A stretch of 25,367 nt of DNA from a virus. Its lineage: Duplodnaviria; Caudoviricetes. Numbering within the stretch: the first letter of the stretch is position 1; the number at the start of each line of letters is the position of its first letter. Shown here in pieces: positions 8,254 through 15,293 of this stretch. Under the pieces are notes generated by a model. It saw only the letters and a program-made list of their open reading frames with translations, had not been told where the DNA came from and did not search any database. The position numbers and the translations under genes were made by a program. The DNA lies in IMG/VR virus record IMGVR_UViG_3300037042_002159, positions 1-25,367 of that record; one strand, written 5' to 3'.

Positions 8254-9305
8254 TGGCATTACCAAAAATAAAAAAAACTTTACCCCTTACATATCCTCCT
8301 ATTGGTTATGCGAGAAGAGAGGAACTTCTTGAAGACATCAATAAGGATGGAACTTATTTACCTAAGTCTATTTTACATGAAGATTTAGATAGAGGGTTTT
8401 TAGATTTTATAAAAAATGATTTAAAAACTGTTGTTGGTGGAAAAGTTGTTAAAGTAGTTGACATTTTAATGACAACTCAAAATTGGGCTCAGTTTACTCA
8501 AACATGGGATTTCAATAATATTGACAAAAATGTCCAACCCCCAATTATTACAACAGTTAGAACTCCCGAAGTTAAATTTGGGACATTACCATCGTTGAGA
8601 TATAATATCCCTAATAGAAAACAATATTATTACGCTGCAGTTCCAACATGGGATGGTCAGAGAAAGGGTATGGACATTTATACCATTCCACAACCAGTCC
8701 CCGTTGACATAAAATATTCTGTTAAAATTATCTGTAATAGAATGAGAGAGTTGAACAAATTCAATCAGATTGTTATTGAAAAATTTGCATCTCGTCAGGC
8801 ATATACTCGTATAAAAGGTCACTATATCCCAATTATTTTAGATGAAATATCCGATGAAAGTGTTATGGATTTAGAAAAAAGAAGATATTACATTCAGTCT
8901 TACGGTTTTACACTTCAAGGATTTTTAAGTGATGAAGAAGAATACGAAGTTAAACCTGCTATTAATAGGACTTTAATGTTAGTAGAGTTAGATAAAAGAA
9001 AGAAAAAAGTTAAAAAACAAAAATTCCCACCTAATCCTGATGAAATTGTTATGAATGTGAACTTTCCTGTGGGAACAACTGCATATACTCAAACATTTGA
9101 GTATACATCAAATATTAAAGTTATAGGAAATGTTAATATCTCAAGTTACGAATTTTATATTAACGGTCTTTATTACGGAAATAATATTTCTCAATTACCA
9201 CAAGGTGAAATTCAAATTAACACAAATGATGTGTTTACAGTTAATATAGTTAAAGATAACAATTCTTTGGAATCTACATTTAATATGATTTCCGTTATCA
9301 TTTAA
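8253..9305 (+). CDS. Tail terminator / sheath stabilizer, T4 gp15-like, with C-terminal beta-rich extension
   Basis: PQPVPVDIKYSVKIICNRMRELNKFNQIVIEKF and YIPIILD..SD..........RYYIQSYGFTLQGF match gp15-family motifs. Coupled to the previous gene by a TAATG overlap. Confidence 0.75.
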   Translation: MALPKIKKTLPLTYPPIGYARREELLEDINKDGTYLPKSILHEDLDRGFLDFIKNDLKTVVGGKVVKVVDILMTTQNWAQFTQTWDFNNIDKNVQPPIITTVRTPEVKFGTLPSLRYNIPNRKQYYYAAVPTWDGQRKGMDIYTIPQPVPVDIKYSVKIICNRMRELNKFNQIVIEKFASRQAYTRIKGHYIPIILDEISDESVMDLEKRRYYIQSYGFTLQGFLSDEEEYEVKPAINRTLMLVELDKRKKKVKKQKFPPNPDEIVMNVNFPVGTTAYTQTFEYTSNIKVIGNVNISSYEFYINGLYYGNNISQLPQGEIQINTNDVFTVNIVKDNNSLESTFNMISVII

Positions 9306-9451
9306 TTTTCACCGTAGATATCTTTTTTTTCTTCACAGTTATCCATAATTAGTTTCTCTAAAAACTTGTGGATTTTAAAACCATGTTTCATACAGTAATC
9401 TTTTAGGATTTTATGACTGTCAGGGGATATTTTTATATTCTTGATTTCCAT
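9302..9451 (-). CDS. 49-aa ribbon-helix-helix (CopG/Arc/MetJ-like) DNA-binding protein, not in the ORF track
   Basis: Translates as MEIKNIKISPDSHKILKDYCMKHGFKIHKFLEKLIMDNCEEKKDIYGEN*: beta-strand KNIKIS, helix 1, a G turn, helix 2. It has its own TATTTAT motif and fills the gp15-sheath gap. Confidence 0.75.
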   Translation of the reverse strand: MEIKNIKISPDSHKILKDYCMKHGFKIHKFLEKLIMDNCEEKKDIYGEN

Positions 9452-9480
9452 GGTAGAAAAAAGGTAGAATTTATTCCTAC
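9452..9480. promoter_or_regulatory. Candidate RHH operator: GGTAGAA direct repeat plus inverted CTAC
   Basis: GGTAGAA at 9452..9458 and 9463..9469 (11-bp period). GTAG at 9464..9467 and CTAC at 9477..9480 form an inverted pair. All lie in the 5' leader of the RHH gene. Confidence 0.4.
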
Positions 9481-9486
9481 TGATTG

Positions 9487-9493
9487 ATAAATA
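9487..9493 (-). promoter_or_regulatory. TATTTAT motif for the RHH gene
   Basis: ATAAATA on +, 35 nt upstream of the ATG at 9451. Confidence 0.55.
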
Positions 9494-9529
9494 GTTAGTA
9501 GACCCATTAGTTTTTGATTAAAATGACAA

Positions 9530-9536
9530 TATTTAT
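9530..9536 (+). promoter_or_regulatory. TATTTAT late-promoter-like motif for the tail sheath gene
   Basis: 35 nt upstream of the ATG at 9572, followed by an A-rich leader with no Shine-Dalgarno. Confidence 0.65.
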
Positions 9537-9571
9537 CAATAAATAAATTTTTAAAAACATTTAAAATAAAC

Positions 9572-12500
9572 ATGGCAACATCAAACAAAGTTTTCGTCTC
9601 GCCGGGTGTATACACATCAGAAAGAGACTTATCATTTGTTTCACAAAGTGTCGGAGTTACTACTTTAGGTATAGTTGGGGAAACCTTAAAAGGACCAGCG
9701 TTTGAACCTATATTCATTTCAAGCTACGGAGAATTTGAAACTTACTTCGGTGGTACACTTCCTGAAAAATTTGTGAACACACAAATCCCTAAATATGAAG
9801 CAGCATACATTGCTAAATCGTATTTACAACAATCAAATCAACTTTTTGTAACAAGAGTTTTAGGTTTATCAGGTTATGACGCAGGTCCTTCTTGGTCTAT
9901 CTCAACAGTATCAAATGTTGATTGTAATACAATAGGACTTACTGGAGGAACTTCATTTAGTTTTAACTTTACTGGTTCTACTGCGTCAACATCATCAATT
10001 GCATTTACAAGTGCGGTACCAAGTGTTATTTCGGGTAATACATACTATAATAACAATTATGTACAATTTGATGGAGGGAGTTCTTCGATACTATCAGATT
10101 TAAAAGCTCAGTTATCATTGATATTTACAACTAACTCATTATCTGCAACATCAGCATATTATTTTGGTCCTGTTTCAGGAACACAAGTAAATGCAAACGT
10201 AGTTGCTGGTTTAACGTCAGCAACGAATGTATTCGATGTTAATAGTATTAGTGCATCAACAATAGATTACTGTTCAGGAACAAACGACGCTTGGTTCTAC
10301 GCTAATTTTGTACCACCTGCAACAGGTGAACAATATTATGGTAATTCGTTCTACACTAATGTAAGTGCACTTTCAGGTACTGCTTATAGTGTCTCAGGAC
10401 AATTTTCAGGAACAGTATCGGGATATTACTACGGGTTCTCAGGTCTAACTTATTCGGGGTATAATGATTTAGTAATTGCAACTCTTCGTTCAAGAGGTAT
10501 AACTAATTACTCAGCGTCTCAACATGGACCAAGTTATCAAGTTTCAGGAGTTAATGATGTACAATTAGTTTGTACAGGTTCATACTCAGGGGTTTCTCAA
10601 AATCCATTTTCAACTTTTGCAATTTCAGGTGTGACGGTTGACTCTGAAAACTTTACATTTGAAACTTCATTTGCACCTGCAAACTCTAATTTTATTACTA
10701 AAGTATTTGGTGTTGAAAACTTTGCTAAAGATAGAACTGAAGTTCCTTTATTTATCGAGGAAAGATACTCAACATTACTTTCTTATGGTTATAATAAAGG
10801 ATTTATTAGAGGTTTAAATTGTAGTTTATTATCATTAGAAGAGGCTAGAAATAATGACGCAGATTCTATTGGATACTATCTTGAGAGATATCAAACTCCT
10901 GAATCACCATGGGTTGTATCTGAACTTAGAGGTAATATTGTTTATAGATTATTTAAAGCAATAACAATATCTGATGGTAATGATGCTAATACTGAAATAA
11001 AAGTATCAGTTGCAAACATATCATTTAATAATAATACATTTGATTTAATTATTAGAGATTTCTTTGATACAGATTCTAATCCTGTAGTTTTAGAAAAATT
11101 CACTAATTGTAGTATGGACGCAGGCGAAAATAATTACATCGCTAAGAAAGTTGGTACATCTGATGGTGAATATGTAATCAAGTCAAAGTATATTATGGTT
11201 GAAGTTAATACTGAAGCACCAATAGATGCGTTACCTTGTGGATTTGAAGGTTTTATTACTCGTAAATACACAGGTGCTAAATCACCATTCCAAGTTTTCA
11301 AAACTAAATATGATTATCCTGGTGAAGTTATTTATAACCCTCCATTTGGTAACACATCAGGTGTTGATAACCCAGTACAAAGCTCAGGTGATAATATAAG
11401 AAAAACATATTTAGGTATTTCTTCAGCTGTGGCATTTTCATCTGACTCACCTGGTTACGACCCTGACTTCTTCCAATACAAGGGGATGCCAAATCCAACA
11501 ACAACAACTTGTACTGAAGCGTCACATGTTGGTTGGGGATTACAAACTAAAGGTTTCCACATGGATAGTGGAGCAACTTCAGTTAAAATTGCTAATCTTT
11601 ACTCTAATAGTGGAACAACGGCATTTGATGTTGGAGCAGGTTCATTTAGTTCTGAACCGACTTCACAAACTAATCCATATTACTTCTTATACTCTCGTAA
11701 GTTTACTTTCTTGGTACAAGGTGGTTTTGATGGTTGGGACATCTATAGAGAATATAGAACAAATGCTGACACATTCCGTTTAGGTAGTACAGGATATAAA
11801 CAAGGAGCGTTAGCTGGTTGTGTACCATACGTAGATGCAACAGGTTGGGGAGCGTTTAAACAAATCACTGTAGGTGATAACACAGTTGACTACGCAAATA
11901 CTGACTATTACGCATATTTGTTAGGTGTTCAATCATTCGCAAATCCTGAAATAACTAACATTAACGTTTTAGTTACACCTGGTATTGATTATGTAAACAA
12001 CGGAGCGTTAGTAGAATCAACTATTAATGTTGTTGAAACTGAAAGAGCAGATTCTATCTACATCTGTACGACACCTGACTTTGATTTGTTACAGTCGTCA
12101 ACATCTATGGATAACTTAATCTACGTACAAGAAGCTGTTGATAACTTAGAAGCTACGGGTATAGATTCTAACTACACCGCAACTTACTATCCATGGGTTC
12201 TTACTCGTGACACAGTAAACAACACTCAAATCTATATTCCGTCAACTGCAGAAGTTACTCGTAACTTTGCATTAACTGATAACATAGCATTCCCTTGGTT
12301 CGCAACTGCGGGTTACACAAGAGGTGTTGTAAATGCGGTTAGAGCTCGTAAGAGATTAACTCAAGAAGACAGAGACACTCTTTACAAAGGAAGAATTAAC
12401 CCAATCGCAACTTTCAACGATGTTGGAACTGTAATTTGGGGTAATAAAACTCTTCAAATTAGAGAGTCAGCTCTTGACAGAATTAACGTAAGAAGATTGT

Positions 12501-12787
12501 TGTTACAAGCTCGTAAGTTGATTTCAGCAGTAGCCGTAAGATTATTGTTCGAACAAAACGATAACTTAGTAAGACAACAATTCTTAGATTCAGTTAATCC
12601 TATCTTAGATGCAATTCGTAGAGATAGAGGTTTGTATGACTTCCGTGTTGTTGTTCAAAACACACCTGAAGATTTAGATGCTAACCAAATGGTAGGTAAG
12701 ATTTATATCAAACCAACTAAAGCTCTTGAATTTATAGATATCGAATTCTTAATCACTCCAACAGGAGCGTCTTTTGAAAATATCTAA
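9572..12787 (+). CDS. Contractile tail sheath protein (T4 gp18-like), 1071 aa with large insertions
   Basis: N-terminal FVSPGVYTSERDLS...GPAFEP; C-terminal YYPWV, PWFATAGYTRG, RDTLYKGRINPI, VIWGNKTL, DRINVRRLL, LFEQND, IYIKPTKALEFIDIEF. Confidence 0.96.
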   Translation: MATSNKVFVSPGVYTSERDLSFVSQSVGVTTLGIVGETLKGPAFEPIFISSYGEFETYFGGTLPEKFVNTQIPKYEAAYIAKSYLQQSNQLFVTRVLGLSGYDAGPSWSISTVSNVDCNTIGLTGGTSFSFNFTGSTASTSSIAFTSAVPSVISGNTYYNNNYVQFDGGSSSILSDLKAQLSLIFTTNSLSATSAYYFGPVSGTQVNANVVAGLTSATNVFDVNSISASTIDYCSGTNDAWFYANFVPPATGEQYYGNSFYTNVSALSGTAYSVSGQFSGTVSGYYYGFSGLTYSGYNDLVIATLRSRGITNYSASQHGPSYQVSGVNDVQLVCTGSYSGVSQNPFSTFAISGVTVDSENFTFETSFAPANSNFITKVFGVENFAKDRTEVPLFIEERYSTLLSYGYNKGFIRGLNCSLLSLEEARNNDADSIGYYLERYQTPESPWVVSELRGNIVYRLFKAITISDGNDANTEIKVSVANISFNNNTFDLIIRDFFDTDSNPVVLEKFTNCSMDAGENNYIAKKVGTSDGEYVIKSKYIMVEVNTEAPIDALPCGFEGFITRKYTGAKSPFQVFKTKYDYPGEVIYNPPFGNTSGVDNPVQSSGDNIRKTYLGISSAVAFSSDSPGYDPDFFQYKGMPNPTTTTCTEASHVGWGLQTKGFHMDSGATSVKIANLYSNSGTTAFDVGAGSFSSEPTSQTNPYYFLYSRKFTFLVQGGFDGWDIYREYRTNADTFRLGSTGYKQGALAGCVPYVDATGWGAFKQITVGDNTVDYANTDYYAYLLGVQSFANPEITNINVLVTPGIDYVNNGALVESTINVVETERADSIYICTTPDFDLLQSSTSMDNLIYVQEAVDNLEATGIDSNYTATYYPWVLTRDTVNNTQIYIPSTAEVTRNFALTDNIAFPWFATAGYTRGVVNAVRARKRLTQEDRDTLYKGRINPIATFNDVGTVIWGNKTLQIRESALDRINVRRLLLQARKLISAVAVRLLFEQNDNLVRQQFLDSVNPILDAIRRDRGLYDFRVVVQNTPEDLDANQMVGKIYIKPTKALEFIDIEFLITPTGASFENI

Positions 12788-12806
12788 TAAAAAGAACATA
12801 TATTTT

Positions 12807-12834
12807 AAAACCCTCACGAAAGTGGGGGTTTTTT
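12807..12834 (+). terminator. Rho-independent terminator after the sheath gene
   Basis: AAAACCCTCAC-GAAA-GTGGGGGTTTTTT: GC-rich stem with one G-U pair, a GNRA loop and a U tract. Confidence 0.85.
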
Positions 12835-12844
12835 ATTTTCATAG

Positions 12845-12851
12845 TATTTAT
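12845..12851 (+). promoter_or_regulatory. TATTTAT motif for the HAD gene
   Basis: TATTTAT-atat-ATG, 4 nt before the ATG at 12856 and just after a terminator. Confidence 0.7.
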
Positions 12852-12855
12852 ATAT

Positions 12856-13671
12856 ATGAAAGTTTATTTAGTTGAAAATTTTAAAGAGGAAATTACACCA
12901 AATTTAAAGTATTATGCTTTTGATTGGGATGATAACATTCTTACAATGCCAACACAAATAATTCTTCGTACTGAAAATGGAGATGAAGTTGGTATGTCGA
13001 CAGAAGACTTTGCGGAGTATCGTGTAAAAGTTGGTGTTGAACCTTTTGAATATAAGAAAAAAACAGTTGTAGGGTTTGCAGAAGACCCGTTTAGAAACTT
13101 TGGGACTAAAGGTGATAAAAGATTCATCATTGATGCTATGATGGCAAAAGAAGGTCCTGCATGGGGTGATTTTGTGGAAGCAATCAATGGAGGTTCAATT
13201 TTTTCAATCGTAACTGCAAGGGGACATTCACCATTAGCTTTACGTAGGGCAATTGAAAATATGATTGAAACCAATTTTAAAGGTATTTCCAAAAAAGAAT
13301 TGATTAAAAATTTAAGAAAGTTTAGAGATATTGCTGGTGATGAAGATATGTCAGATAAAGAACTTATTTCTGCTTATATGGATATGAACAAGTATTATCC
13401 AGTAACTTTTGGGGAAGGTTCAGCACAAAGTCCTGAGGTTGGTAAAGTTAAGGCTTTAAAAGAATTCCAATCTTATGTAAAATATTTATCCGACCAGTTA
13501 CAAAAACCAGCTAGATTTAAAAATGATATTAGTAATAGATTTATACCAACTATTGGATTTTCAGATGATGATTTAAGAAATTTAGAAAAAGTTAAAGATG
13601 AATTATCCAAAGACCCAGAAAATATTATTCAAACAATATCTACACATGGAGGAGAAAAGAAAAACTACTAA
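12856..13671 (+). CDS. HAD-superfamily phosphatase-like protein
   Basis: Motif I YAFDWDDN, motif II IVTARG, candidate motif III Lys (VGKVKA), motif IV IGFSDDD..N. Confidence 0.8.
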   Translation: MKVYLVENFKEEITPNLKYYAFDWDDNILTMPTQIILRTENGDEVGMSTEDFAEYRVKVGVEPFEYKKKTVVGFAEDPFRNFGTKGDKRFIIDAMMAKEGPAWGDFVEAINGGSIFSIVTARGHSPLALRRAIENMIETNFKGISKKELIKNLRKFRDIAGDEDMSDKELISAYMDMNKYYPVTFGEGSAQSPEVGKVKALKEFQSYVKYLSDQLQKPARFKNDISNRFIPTIGFSDDDLRNLEKVKDELSKDPENIIQTISTHGGEKKNY

Positions 13672-13678
13672 TATTTAT
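13672..13678 (+). promoter_or_regulatory. TATTTAT motif (distal copy) upstream of the tail tube gene
   Basis: Directly follows the HAD stop codon, 110 nt upstream of the tube ATG. Confidence 0.45.
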
Positions 13679-13746
13679 AAACTGGACTTATAGCAAGTTT
13701 GAATAAAAAAAAACCCGAAGTAAATAGAAAAATTTTTATAACGGAC

Positions 13747-13753
13747 TATTTAT
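13747..13753 (+). promoter_or_regulatory. TATTTAT motif (proximal copy) for the tail tube gene
   Basis: 35 nt upstream of the ATG at 13789, followed by an A-rich leader. Confidence 0.65.
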
Positions 13754-13788
13754 AATAAAAATAAAAGAAAATTTAAAAACAAAATAAT

Positions 13789-14277
13789 ATGGCTGATTTA
13801 CTGATGAAAATGCCTTTTCCGTATGAACCTAAAAGAAAAAACAGGTTTATACTACGATTCCCTTCAGAACTAGGTATTAACGAATGGTTCGTAGAAACGG
13901 CTTCTAGACCAAAAATGACAATTAAAAGTACTGAAATTCCTTTTTTAAATACAAAAAGATATGTTGCTGGTATATACGAATGGGGTGAGATTAGTGTAAA
14001 ACTTCGTGACCCAATCGGACCTTCAGCGGCTCAAGCCATGATGGAATGGGTTCGTTTACATGCGGAATCTGTAACAGGTCGTATGGGATATGCTGCGGGT
14101 TATAAAAAAGATATTGAACTTGAAATGCTAGACCCGACAGGTGTTGTTATTGAAAAGTGGTCTTTAATACAGTGTTTCTTAACTTCAGTTGATTTTGGTT
14201 CAGTTGGTTATTCTGATGACGCATTAGCTGATATTACTTTAAATCTTCGTCCTGATTATTGTGTATTACTTTACTAA
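13789..14277 (+). CDS. Tail tube protein (T4 gp19-like)
   Basis: 162 aa. EPKRKNRFIL, RYVAGIYEWGEISV, MMEWV, GYKKDIELEMLDPTG.VIEKW.L...F.TSVDFG...Y...ITLNLRPDY. Located downstream of the sheath. Confidence 0.93.
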   Translation: MADLLMKMPFPYEPKRKNRFILRFPSELGINEWFVETASRPKMTIKSTEIPFLNTKRYVAGIYEWGEISVKLRDPIGPSAAQAMMEWVRLHAESVTGRMGYAAGYKKDIELEMLDPTGVVIEKWSLIQCFLTSVDFGSVGYSDDALADITLNLRPDYCVLLY

Positions 14278-14298
14278 TATTATTACAAAATTTATATT

Positions 14299-14325
14299 AA
14301 GACCCACAGAAATGTGGGTTTTTTT
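14299..14325 (+). terminator. Rho-independent terminator after the tube gene
   Basis: AAGACCCACA-GAAA-TGTGGGTTTTTTT: 7-bp perfect stem, GAAA loop and U tract. Confidence 0.88.
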
Positions 14326-14372
14326 ATTTACAAACAAATAAAATATAATATGTTATAAACAAAAACAAGTTT

Positions 14373-15125
14373 ATGGAAGAACAAAATGTTAATCAGATGA
14401 GTTTTAATTTACCACACGACGTAATCCAATTACCGAGTCAAGGTAGATTTTATAAAAATAAAAAAAAATCTGTTAAAGTTGGTTTTTTAACGGCTAATGA
14501 TGAAAACATTTTGGCAAATGCTTCAAATATGAGTGGTGACCAAATTATTCATAATTTAGTTAGAGCTAAAGTTTACGAACCTGATTTGAAAATTGAGGAA
14601 ATGTTAGATGGTGATATTGAAGCAATATTAATTTTTTTAAGAAATACATCATTTGGGGCTGAATACACATTTAATTTATTGGACCCACAAACTGAACAAA
14701 CATTTGAATCAACAATCACGTTAGATGAATTAGATTTTGTAAAACCTGAAGTTGAACCTGATGAAAATGGTCTGTTTACAACGGTACTTCCAAAATCGGG
14801 CAAACCGGTTAAATTAAAATTGTTGACATTTGGAGATAAAAAAGAATTAAACGATAGAGAAAGTTCATATCCTAAAAATATGGTTGCTCCAAGAGTTACA
14901 TGGAGATTGGCAAAACAAATTGTATCTATTGATGGTAATGACGATAAAGGTGAAATAGTTAAATTTATCGATAAGATGCCAATTATGGATTCAAAATATA
15001 TCACACAATTTTTAAATAAAAATCAACCGTCTATTAATTTAGAGAGAGAATTTATCGCCCCATCAGGAAAAAAGGTCAAATCACGGATTGCCTTTGGGGT
15101 GGAGTTTTTTCGCCCTTTCTTCTGA
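14373..15125 (+). CDS. Baseplate hub / tail assembly chaperone (T4 gp26-like, lambda gpG position)
   Basis: IQLPSQG.FY...VKVGFLTANDENIL, GDIEAILIFLRNTSFG.EY, VLPKSGKPVKLKLLTFGD; ends GVEFFRPFF. Lies between tube and tape measure. Confidence 0.8.
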   Translation: MEEQNVNQMSFNLPHDVIQLPSQGRFYKNKKKSVKVGFLTANDENILANASNMSGDQIIHNLVRAKVYEPDLKIEEMLDGDIEAILIFLRNTSFGAEYTFNLLDPQTEQTFESTITLDELDFVKPEVEPDENGLFTTVLPKSGKPVKLKLLTFGDKKELNDRESSYPKNMVAPRVTWRLAKQIVSIDGNDDKGEIVKFIDKMPIMDSKYITQFLNKNQPSINLEREFIAPSGKKVKSRIAFGVEFFRPFF

Positions 15126-15267
15126 TTATATAAAAAATTTATTGGACCAATATCTTTTATTAAGTCGGTTTATGTATATGTCATATTCCGATTTTTTAAT
15201 TATTCCTATATCACATCGTAGATATTTGGTGGACACTATTATTGAGATGAACATGCCAAAAACTTAA
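15106..15267 (+). CDS. Downstream segment of the tail assembly chaperone (gpT / T4 gp51-like), +1 frame, probably reached by frameshift
   Basis: The +1 frame is open 15043..15267 and reads FFALSSDYIKNLLDQYLLLSRFMYMSYSDFLIIPISHRRYLVDTIIEMNMPKT*. The first ATG is at 15172, inside the recognisable helical motif. Confidence 0.65.
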   Translation, partial: FFALSSDYIKNLLDQYLLLSRFMYMSYSDFLIIPISHRRYLVDTIIEMNMPKT

Positions 15268-15274
15268 TCTGTGT

Positions 15275-15281
15275 TATTTAT
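15275..15281 (+). promoter_or_regulatory. TATTTAT motif for the tape measure gene
   Basis: 12 nt upstream of the ATG at 15294. Confidence 0.55.
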
Positions 15282-15293
15282 TAATAAAAAACT

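Noticed and set aside
14327-14354. Sigma70-like promoter for the chaperone gene (TTTACA...TATAAT or TATGTT)
   Set aside because: Spacing is 11 nt to TATAAT or 16 nt to a weak TATGTT, which is not distinguishable from AT-rich background, although a promoter is expected after the terminator.
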